Of a stretch of DNA of 36,787 nucleotides, positions 17,975 to 25,559 are shown piece by piece (within the stretch, counting starts at the first letter, position 1; every line of letters begins with the position of its first letter). The notes under the pieces were generated by a model. That model saw only the letters and a program-made list of their open reading frames with translations. It was not told the origin of the DNA and made no database searches. The stretch is from Candidatus Enterousia sp. (lineage in GTDB: Bacteria; Pseudomonadota; Alphaproteobacteria; Rs-D84). Position numbers and translations under genes: made by a program. Location of the stretch: assembly GCA_045643525.1 (NCBI GenBank), contig JAZUKY010000068.1, positions 1 through 36,787 on the forward strand. Direction: 5' to 3'.

Positions 17975-17978
17975 ATTC

Positions 17979-19208
17979 TTATTTGCATATTGCAATGTAT
18001 GGTGGAAATGATTTTTCCGTGTCAATGATACCATTGCCGCAATCCATGCAATTAAATTTTCGATTTTGTGAATGGTTGTTGTCCAATGGTACAGATTTTT
18101 TATCTATGTCGGTTGTGCGGTTTATGTATTCAACGTTTGGAAAGCCAAAATAAAATGCACGTGATGTTCCAGTGCAATTTGCGGTATTTGCATAACAGCC
18201 ATTTGTTCCGATTTTTGTTGGATCGGGGATGCAATACGATTCACATGTGTTTTGATCCAATATATGTTTTTCACAATCTGTACATGATGATGCGGGAACA
18301 CGTGTTGTTGTTCCAATTTTTACATAATAATCATGTGATTTTATATTGGAACATTTTGTTGTAGCGGCGGCTTCGGTTGGATTGTCGATACATTCCCATG
18401 TGTTTGTTTCGTAATTCATTTGTAATATTTGATTGTTTTGACATTCACTTTCTGGGATTGGATTCATACATTCCCATATACCATCTGTCATGACGGCGGT
18501 TTGATTATCGGCACATAATGGTTTCCTGGATTCGTCTGGTACACATTCTGATAATTCAGAATTCCAAATCATATCCCCACCACATGTGTTTTTTGTGTTA
18601 ATGGTTATACATTGCCAACGTCCAAATCTGTATGTTTTTACCGTACCAGTTGGACAATTAATATCTGATGATTGAATTATTGTTTCGGATGTCTTTGTGT
18701 TGGGGATGGCGTATTGTGTAATATATATTAATTGTCCGTCTTGCAATTTTAAATTTGATATAATTGCAGATGGAATATCGTATTTATTTTGTGTGCCCCC
18801 AGAAATTATTTTTTTATTTGCCAAAATTCCAAATGTTCCAGCGTTTTGATAATATTGTTCTAAAATATCAGTCATTGCATTGAATTTAGATTTTTGTAAA
18901 ACCGATGTGGTAGTTATGATATAATTTTGAACGGATGTTTTAATTGTATCACACGGTGTAATATTCATCGATTTATTTAAACAGATTTTTTGACTGGTTA
19001 TGTTATTTTTTTGAACACATATATCATCAAATATTTCGTTACGTAATTGTGCATTGTGCATTGCGGTTGTGCATTCTGCAATTGAACGTAAATCAGAACG
19101 TTCGATGGCATATCTGGTTTCTTGTTCGGGGATATGATTGTTGGGGGCACTGATTACATAATATCCGGCGGCAAATATAGCAATCAATACCATAATAAAA
19201 ATATTCAT
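17979..19208 (-). CDS. membrane-anchored cysteine-rich surface/periplasmic protein
   Basis: 409 aa. N-terminal hydrophobic anchor MNIFIMVLIAIFAAGYYVISAP. The C-terminal 230 aa carry many Cys residues, including four tandem C-x(12-17)-W-[EQ]-C-like modules. Confidence 0.7.
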   Translation of the reverse strand: MNIFIMVLIAIFAAGYYVISAPNNHIPEQETRYAIERSDLRSIAECTTAMHNAQLRNEIFDDICVQKNNITSQKICLNKSMNITPCDTIKTSVQNYIITTTSVLQKSKFNAMTDILEQYYQNAGTFGILANKKIISGGTQNKYDIPSAIISNLKLQDGQLIYITQYAIPNTKTSETIIQSSDINCPTGTVKTYRFGRWQCITINTKNTCGGDMIWNSELSECVPDESRKPLCADNQTAVMTDGIWECMNPIPESECQNNQILQMNYETNTWECIDNPTEAAATTKCSNIKSHDYYVKIGTTTRVPASSCTDCEKHILDQNTCESYCIPDPTKIGTNGCYANTANCTGTSRAFYFGFPNVEYINRTTDIDKKSVPLDNNHSQNRKFNCMDCGNGIIDTEKSFPPYIAICK

Positions 19209-19288
19209 CTTTCCCCCTTGCGATTTATTAAAAGTCTAGGTAATATATGAAAAAAAAGCAACAGGAAAACAGATTGGGTGTGTTCGGT

Positions 19289-19762
19289 ATGAAAAAATTG
19301 TTAATTATTTTATGTTTTTGTTTGTTAGGGGGCTGTGGTTTCAAACCAATGTTTACTGGGGGCAATACCGATATTTATGTCAGTCCGATTGATGGTATTA
19401 ATGGAATTGATTTACGAAATGCGTTGAATGCCCAATTTGGTGGGCAAAAAAATCCTGGAGCAGAATATACGTTGGTAATTAAATTAGATGAACCTAAAAC
19501 CAAGTACAAGGCATTAGAACGGACAGGTGATGCCACATGGCAAGAAATTATTTTACGTGCACAGTATACGTTAAAATATGGCGATACAGAAATTGCACGT
19601 GGTGTGGAAACTGCATCGGAATCGTATACATTTGTTCGGTATTTGGTTGCCGCCAATGCGTCTTATAACAGTGCGGTGCAGAATACAATTTGGGTTTTGG
19701 CGGATAAAATTGGAACACGCGTTATCGCGGAAACGGTGAAACATTCTGGGGATGATAAATAA
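19289..19762 (+). CDS. lptE: LPS-assembly lipoprotein LptE
   Basis: Lipoprotein signal MKKLLIILCFCLLGGC followed by GFKPMF, resembling the CGF+hydrophobic start of LptE. About 157 aa. Immediately upstream of and overlapping holA (conserved lptE-holA pairing). An upstream ATG at 19247 is an alternative start. Confidence 0.75.
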   Translation: MKKLLIILCFCLLGGCGFKPMFTGGNTDIYVSPIDGINGIDLRNALNAQFGGQKNPGAEYTLVIKLDEPKTKYKALERTGDATWQEIILRAQYTLKYGDTEIARGVETASESYTFVRYLVAANASYNSAVQNTIWVLADKIGTRVIAETVKHSGDDK

Positions 19763-20754
19763 TGAAGTGGAAAGAAGCCGATTTTAAAACGGAAATATCA
19801 AAAATTCAGGCATTGTTAATTTATGGTCCAGATGCAGGTCAGGTTGATGAATATTGTGATAAAGCAATTGAAAAATTAAATATAGAAAAAGATAATTTAT
19901 TTGCATTGGATGCCGATGAATTACGTGAAAAGCAAGATGCAATATTTGCCGAAGCGTGCAGTCCATCAATGTTTGGTGGACAGAAAATGGTTATTATTTC
20001 CGGTGCAACAGATAGTGCAGCTGGACAAATTTCTGATTTAGTTATGCATCCTGGATTATGTGCCACGGTTATAGTTACCGCCGGTGATTTACGGGCAAAC
20101 GGTGGTTTGCGTGGGTTGTTCGAGGGTGGAAAAAATGTTGCCGCATTGGCGTGTTATACAGATGATGCACGTGCATTGGCGAATCTAATCCGTAATGAAT
20201 TATCAGCAGCTGCCGGTATCAAGCAAATTACCCCAGATGCAATGACGTATATGACAACACATTTGGGATCCGATCGTGGTATAACCCGCAGTTTTTTAAC
20301 CAAAATTGCATTGTATGTTGATGATAAAAAAATTGTTGAATTAGAAGATGTTGAAAAATGTTTGCCGGATACAGGTGCCGCCGATACGGATGATTTTTTA
20401 TATTCTTTGACGGCGGGCTATATTACACAAACTGTATTAGCGTTGGACAGATTGTTATATGATAATGCAGAGCCAAATGCGCTGGTTCGAAAATTGGATG
20501 CACATTTTAAAAAATTGATGAATTCTGTGGTAACAGGACAATTGCCTGCGGCCATGTTTTGGAAAAATGCAGATAAATTTGATAGGGCCAGAAAGATTTG
20601 GTCTGAATCAGAAATAATAGGTGTTTTTGTTCGGTTAAATGAATTAGAAAAACAAATGCGTCAAACCGGTATGCCGGCTGAAATTTTGTTTCGTGATTTG
20701 GCGTTAAAATTGGCTGCCCGTGCCAGCAAGTTAGCATTAAAAAGGAGAATGTAA
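19762..20754 (+). CDS. holA: DNA polymerase III subunit delta
   Basis: 330 aa. TAATG overlap with lptE. N-terminal LLIYGPDAGQVDEY clamp-loader-like pattern. Size and synteny fit holA. Confidence 0.8.
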   Translation: MKWKEADFKTEISKIQALLIYGPDAGQVDEYCDKAIEKLNIEKDNLFALDADELREKQDAIFAEACSPSMFGGQKMVIISGATDSAAGQISDLVMHPGLCATVIVTAGDLRANGGLRGLFEGGKNVAALACYTDDARALANLIRNELSAAAGIKQITPDAMTYMTTHLGSDRGITRSFLTKIALYVDDKKIVELEDVEKCLPDTGAADTDDFLYSLTAGYITQTVLALDRLLYDNAEPNALVRKLDAHFKKLMNSVVTGQLPAAMFWKNADKFDRARKIWSESEIIGVFVRLNELEKQMRQTGMPAEILFRDLALKLAARASKLALKRRM

Positions 20755-20755
20755 G

Positions 20756-21523
20756 ATGTTGCCATCTGTTTATGCCCCCAAAGATTTTAAAAGATTGCGT
20801 GTTGTTGGTGATTTAGTTGCACGGTGTTTTGAGTTTATTACACCACATATTCAGGCGGGGATTTCCACCGGTGAAATTGACAGAATGGTTGCAGAATTTT
20901 TACGTGCAAATGGTGCACGTTCATCTGATTTGGGATATCATGGTTTCCCAAAAAGTATTTGTACATCTGTTAATGATGTTATTGTGCATGGAATACCAAG
21001 TGACGATGTTATTTTAAAAGATGGTGATATTGTTAATGTTGATTTGACCGCCGAGTATAAGGGGTTTCATGGTGATGCATCACGTATGTTTATGATTGGT
21101 AATGTAACCCCACAGGCACGTAAATTGGTTCAGGTTTGTCAGGATGCATTAAATGCGGCAATTTCGATTTGTGCTCCAGGTGTTCCATTGTCTGAAATTG
21201 GACGTGTTATTGAATCTGTCGTTTTGCCACATGGGTTTTCTATATCACATGATTTTGTTGGACATGGTATTGGCAAGGTAATGCATGATGAACCAGAAAT
21301 TTTGCATTTCTATGATAAACATTTTGATAAAATAAAAATGGTTCCTGGCTTGGTTTTTACAATTGAACCAATGATAAATATGGGACGGCCAGAATGTAAA
21401 ATAGATGCCGATGGTTGGACGGCACGAACGGTTGATGGGGGGTGGTCCGCTCAATGGGAACATACGTTGGGTATCACCGAAGATGGGGTTACAATATTTA
21501 CAGAACGTATGATTCGTGATTGA
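20756..21523 (+). CDS. map: type I methionine aminopeptidase
   Basis: 255 aa. Motifs VIVHGIP, DLTAEYKGFHGDASRMF, GHGIG, FTIEPM, QWEHT (metal ligands of MetAP). Confidence 0.95.
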   Translation: MLPSVYAPKDFKRLRVVGDLVARCFEFITPHIQAGISTGEIDRMVAEFLRANGARSSDLGYHGFPKSICTSVNDVIVHGIPSDDVILKDGDIVNVDLTAEYKGFHGDASRMFMIGNVTPQARKLVQVCQDALNAAISICAPGVPLSEIGRVIESVVLPHGFSISHDFVGHGIGKVMHDEPEILHFYDKHFDKIKMVPGLVFTIEPMINMGRPECKIDADGWTARTVDGGWSAQWEHTLGITEDGVTIFTERMIRD

Positions 21524-21537
21524 TATGTTTATGGGGT

Positions 21538-22224
21538 ATGGTTGTGGGGGATAATAAATCCGCATTATACGAAGGACATCGGCAAAGATTGCGTCAAAAA
21601 TTTTTAGATAATAAATTGGCGGATTATGAATTGTTGGAATTGTTGATTGGGTATGCAATTCCACGTCGTGATGTTCATTTGTTGGCACGTGAATTGATAA
21701 AACATTTTGGTGGAATTTATAATATATTAACGGCACCAATTGAACGTTTGATGGAAATTAATGGTATTGGGCAAAATACAGCATTGTTTTTTAGGGTTGT
21801 TGGCCAAATTATGGTAACGGGGTATAGTGATTCTTTAAAAGAAGTCTCATTATATCATAACGATGCATTATTAACCAATTATTGCAGGTTAAAATTGGCC
21901 GGTAAAAATGTCGAAGAATTACATGTTTTATATTTTGATGGTAAATGGCGAATGCTGGCGGATGATTTACATTCGAATGGTACGGTTAATATGACTGCTG
22001 TATATCCACGTGAAATATTACGGCGGGCATTGGACTTAAATGCATGCAGTATTGTTTTGGTACACAATCACCCAACGCCCGGGACACATTTTTCACACGC
22101 TGATATCACGATGACAGAAACAATTGCAAATTTGTTAAATGTTGTTGACATAAAATTACATGATCATTATGTTGTTTCTGGTGAAATGGTTTATTCAGCC
22201 AAAAATTCACATTTATTAAAATAA
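21538..22224 (+). CDS. radC: RadC-family JAB/MPN domain protein
   Basis: N-terminal HRQRLRQKF...ELLELLI plus HhH-like INGIGQNTA. C-terminal JAMM motif VHNHPTPG. A TTG at 21520 is an alternative start. Confidence 0.88.
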   Translation: MVVGDNKSALYEGHRQRLRQKFLDNKLADYELLELLIGYAIPRRDVHLLARELIKHFGGIYNILTAPIERLMEINGIGQNTALFFRVVGQIMVTGYSDSLKEVSLYHNDALLTNYCRLKLAGKNVEELHVLYFDGKWRMLADDLHSNGTVNMTAVYPREILRRALDLNACSIVLVHNHPTPGTHFSHADITMTETIANLLNVVDIKLHDHYVVSGEMVYSAKNSHLLK

Positions 22225-22839
22225 TTCTGATACGTCACATATTGTGGTTAACGGTTGATTTTCAGTAATTTTTAATGTGTTTTTATATAACCTGTATTCT
22301 GTTTTTGTTGCCATTGTTGGGGTATCCCATGTGTCTTGCCATGGACGTGATATTTTTTTTACACCAAAATTTTGGTTGAATGTAAAATGTAATAGTTGTA
22401 GGGCACAATCTGCACCATTTATTGTTCGAAAATCGTCGGGTGTTATATTGTATAAAATACCATCAATGTTTAATTCTATTTTATATTCATCATAAAAATG
22501 TGCGGTTTCATTTTCAATATGTGTGCGTGTTATTTTATCTATTTTTCCGTCACTATTTATATCACGGTTAAATGTATCAATAGTATATGTTTGATTGTTA
22601 ATTATTTGATTGATACGATTATCTGGGTGACCCAATCCATCATTAAAATCACTCAAATTAAGTTCGATATCATTATTATATTGTTGTGTATATATGTTAG
22701 AGGTTGTGTCTGTAATGTCGTTTTGTTTTTTTGAATTTATTGTAAAAAAATAAAATAGTAATATTACGGCCGTCAATAATATCATTACAGATATTGTGAT
22801 TATGTTTTTGTATTTTTGCCGTGTAATAGTGTCAGTCAT
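22216..22839 (-). CDS. hypothetical N-terminally membrane-anchored protein
   Basis: 207 aa. TM helix IITISVMILLTAVILLFYFFTI. A DINSDGKIDKI loop resembles a DxNxDGxID calcium-binding turn. Third gene of a tightly spaced operon. Confidence 0.6.
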   Translation of the reverse strand: MTDTITRQKYKNIITISVMILLTAVILLFYFFTINSKKQNDITDTTSNIYTQQYNNDIELNLSDFNDGLGHPDNRINQIINNQTYTIDTFNRDINSDGKIDKITRTHIENETAHFYDEYKIELNIDGILYNITPDDFRTINGADCALQLLHFTFNQNFGVKKISRPWQDTWDTPTMATKTEYRLYKNTLKITENQPLTTICDVSELF

Positions 22840-22851
22840 TGATTACCCTTT

Positions 22852-23766
22852 TTATAAAAATATGGTTTGACCTGGGTGCCATCCCTCAATAATTTTTATG
22901 GCACGTGCCATACTGTCTAATTCGGCATCGGTTAAATCACCAACGCGACGGTTAACAGACAGGCCGGTTAATTGTTCAATATGGTTATAATATCCAACGG
23001 TATCATTTTCGTGTGGTGGTGCATATCGTTCGATTGCATGTGCAATTGATAAATTACGATATGAATTTGTACGCATTAATGCACGAATTGCGGCCATACC
23101 TGTTTCTTCGTCTGGAAATACCGCCCAACGCCCCGCACGTCCAATTGCCCCCATACGTTGTGCAAAATCACCATATTGTATATTGCCGGGGTTAAAATTT
23201 CGCCATGCCGCAGAACCGCCGGTGCGTTGAAAACGCACACCATCTGCGGTTGTATATGTTACGGTTTTATTCGCTGTTTGTGTTGCAGATACGGCATATG
23301 GTGTATTTGAATCATCTGTGTCCGGATGTTGTTGAATGGGATTTGTTTTCTGTAAGGTGTTATTGGTGTGTGTTGAAATTTTATCAATGTTGGATAAATT
23401 TTTTGTATTAACGATTCGTTGAATTTCACTGATTGAAACATTGATTGTGCGACAACCTGTTGCAAATAAATCACCACCATATATTGCATTAACTATTGGA
23501 CCGGTTATACTAAGAGTTCCCATTATTAAAATTAAATTGCGTGCATTTATTAATAAATTATTTTTTGCACCACGAATCATGGAAATTGCCCACCCGAATA
23601 TCAGCATACCTGTGATAACATTAATAATTATCCAGGCATATTCGGCAAATGTTTGAAATGCACGTGTGATACAGGCCGGATCTTCTAAATATATATACGT
23701 ATTATCAGCCCCCAGAATATTAAATCCGGAATTTGTTAATAATCTAAGAATGGTTTCTGTATCCAT
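22852..23766 (-). CDS. hypothetical membrane protein with conserved-looking C-terminal WRNxNPGN...YAPPxENDT domain
   Basis: 304 aa. Two hydrophobic helices (AWIIINVITGMLIFGWAI and LILIMGTLSITGPIV). C-terminal globular part: AAWRNFNPGNIQYG...FPDEETGMAAIRALM...AIERYAPPHENDTVGYY. Confidence 0.65.
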   Translation of the reverse strand: MDTETILRLLTNSGFNILGADNTYIYLEDPACITRAFQTFAEYAWIIINVITGMLIFGWAISMIRGAKNNLLINARNLILIMGTLSITGPIVNAIYGGDLFATGCRTINVSISEIQRIVNTKNLSNIDKISTHTNNTLQKTNPIQQHPDTDDSNTPYAVSATQTANKTVTYTTADGVRFQRTGGSAAWRNFNPGNIQYGDFAQRMGAIGRAGRWAVFPDEETGMAAIRALMRTNSYRNLSIAHAIERYAPPHENDTVGYYNHIEQLTGLSVNRRVGDLTDAELDSMARAIKIIEGWHPGQTIFL

Positions 23767-23782
23767 ACGTAATTATTTGAAA

Positions 23783-24916
23783 TTATTTTTTTGATGCACC
23801 GGTAAAAAATCCAGGCATTGCGAAATCGTCATCATTGGCAACTTCGGCCCAACCAAATAAATCACCAAACAGGCCAGAATCTTCACGTTTTGCCTTTTTA
23901 AATGGTAAAATATTTTTTAATTTGCCAATTTTGCCACGTCCAGTGGATTGCGTATCTGTAATATCGGGAAATTCGTTATATTCGGTTGCCAATTTTAATA
24001 GTGTTTCATCCAATGGTTCTGATTGAGGTTGTACAACGGGTTGTTGGTCGTTTGATTGTGTGTCTGGTGTATCGATATCAAACGGTGCTTCACCCCACGG
24101 GTTTGATGGTTGTATTTCCGGTTGGTCTTCGCTTAATGGTGGCAGTGCACCGAACAGGGCCGTTATGTCTTTGTCCAAATCAACAATTGGGGCATTAGAG
24201 GTCAATTTATCATCAATGGTATCAACCATACCTGTGTCCGGTTGTGTGGTGTCTGTAATAACTTCATCAACCTTGGAATTATCAGAATCATCAATTTCTT
24301 GTTCTGATAAATCAACATCAATGTCTTTGTTGGTTGCAACAGATATTGCATCAGAATCTGTATCTGTTACGTTATCTTTAATATTTATATCATCGTTGTT
24401 TTGTTCGTTTTCAACGGTGGTATCATTTGTGGTAATTGTATCTTGGGTATTATCGGTATGTGGGGCCAATACAGATAAAATTGGTGTTATCGGCATATCG
24501 ATTGTCGGAATAACTGTATCCGATGTTGGGATGTTTGATTCAATCACAGTTTCGGTAACATTTTTTGTTGCCCGTCGGCGTGTTTTTTTTACGGGGGTAT
24601 TTATAACCGGTTCTGGAATGATATTTGTTTCGTCTGCTGTGATCGGTTTTGTATCCGATGTGTTATCTGTCATTTGTACAGAATTTTCTGTGTCCACAGT
24701 CTGTGTGGAAATATTCGAAATATCATCATTTTTTGATATTTCAATTTTTACATTGTTATTAAATGGGGCTAATGCATCATCGGTATCAACAGGAACGCCA
24801 AATAAAACGGTATCATTTGGTAACGCCATTGTTGTACGAACCTGTTCAAATGCGGCACGAATATCTGCCATGTCGAAAATTTCACTGCCTGAAATGTATA
24901 TGATTTTTGTTTTCAT
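23783..24916 (-). CDS. hypothetical acidic protein with a long low-complexity D/T/N/I-rich linker
   Basis: About 377 aa from MKTKIIYISGSE. An N-terminal module of about 50 aa, an acidic T/D/N-rich linker of about 250 aa, and a C-terminal basic/hydrophobic tail ...GLFGDLFGWAEVANDDDFAMPGFFTGASKK. An ATG at 24931 is an alternative start. Confidence 0.65.
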   Translation of the reverse strand: MKTKIIYISGSEIFDMADIRAAFEQVRTTMALPNDTVLFGVPVDTDDALAPFNNNVKIEISKNDDISNISTQTVDTENSVQMTDNTSDTKPITADETNIIPEPVINTPVKKTRRRATKNVTETVIESNIPTSDTVIPTIDMPITPILSVLAPHTDNTQDTITTNDTTVENEQNNDDINIKDNVTDTDSDAISVATNKDIDVDLSEQEIDDSDNSKVDEVITDTTQPDTGMVDTIDDKLTSNAPIVDLDKDITALFGALPPLSEDQPEIQPSNPWGEAPFDIDTPDTQSNDQQPVVQPQSEPLDETLLKLATEYNEFPDITDTQSTGRGKIGKLKNILPFKKAKREDSGLFGDLFGWAEVANDDDFAMPGFFTGASKK

Positions 24917-24999
24917 CGATAATATCCCCATAACTTAACAGGGCACATTATAACATATTTTGTGTTGAACGCATATAAAAAATATTTTAAACTGGTGGC

Positions 25000-25209
25000 A
25001 TGGCAGATTTAAAAAAACAAATTTTTCAAGAATTATCCGCATTAGAAGATGCCACTGCCCGTTTGTGTGGTATTGCAAATAATGCGGGAAAACAAACCGA
25101 TCTGGAGATTGCCGTTTTAAAAAAACAGTTGGAATCACAACGAAATAAAAATGCCCAGGCAACCGAACTGATTGATAAATCAATGTCTATATTAAAGAAT
25201 TTGATATGA
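25000..25209 (+). CDS. small coiled-coil protein upstream of zapA (ZauP/ZapB-like, inferred from position)
   Basis: 69-aa heptad-rich ORF whose stop overlaps the zapA start (ATGA). Alphaproteobacteria commonly encode a coiled-coil ZapA partner directly upstream of zapA. Confidence 0.55.
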   Translation: MADLKKQIFQELSALEDATARLCGIANNAGKQTDLEIAVLKKQLESQRNKNAQATELIDKSMSILKNLI

Positions 25210-25481
25210 GTGTCGTTTCAATACCAATTGTTAATAAAAATTATCCCATGGGGTGTGAAGACGGTCAGGAATCACGTTTGATTGAATTGGGATGTATGGT
25301 CGATTCACGTGCACGTGAAATTTTAGATAAAATAGGTCCGTTACCGGAAAATTCATTATTGGCAACGTTATGTATTGTTTTGGCGGATGAATTGCATAAT
25401 CGACCACAACCCGTTGTAACAGATACGGATTTACGTGAAATTTTGGCACGTATTCGTGAAATAAAAAATAAAATCGGATAA
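25206..25481 (+). CDS. zapA: cell division protein ZapA
   Basis: 91 aa. The pattern V.IPIVNKNYPMGCEDGQESRLIELGCMVDSRAREI...LLATLCIVLADEL matches the ZapA fold signature (I.G..Y.+.C..GEE..L..LA..+D). Confidence 0.8.
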   Translation: MSVVSIPIVNKNYPMGCEDGQESRLIELGCMVDSRAREILDKIGPLPENSLLATLCIVLADELHNRPQPVVTDTDLREILARIREIKNKIG

Positions 25482-25487
25482 AAAAAT

Positions 25488-25517
25488 AATAACCCACGCG
25501 TTTCGTGGGTTATTTTT
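25488..25517 (+). terminator. intrinsic terminator after zapA
   Basis: 11-bp stem AATAACCCACG / CGTGGGTTATT with a 5-nt loop, then a T-run. Confidence 0.75.
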
Positions 25518-25559
25518 CTGTTGTTATTTTTTTTTAAATGTTATAAATTTTCATTCGTC

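Noticed and set aside
24060-24938. 292-aa plus-strand ORF (Ser/Val/Ile-rich) antisense to the acidic protein gene
   Set aside because: It is a shadow ORF created by the low-complexity GAT/ACx-rich coding strand opposite. It has no RBS and a compositionally implausible protein. The minus-strand gene has a clear operon context.
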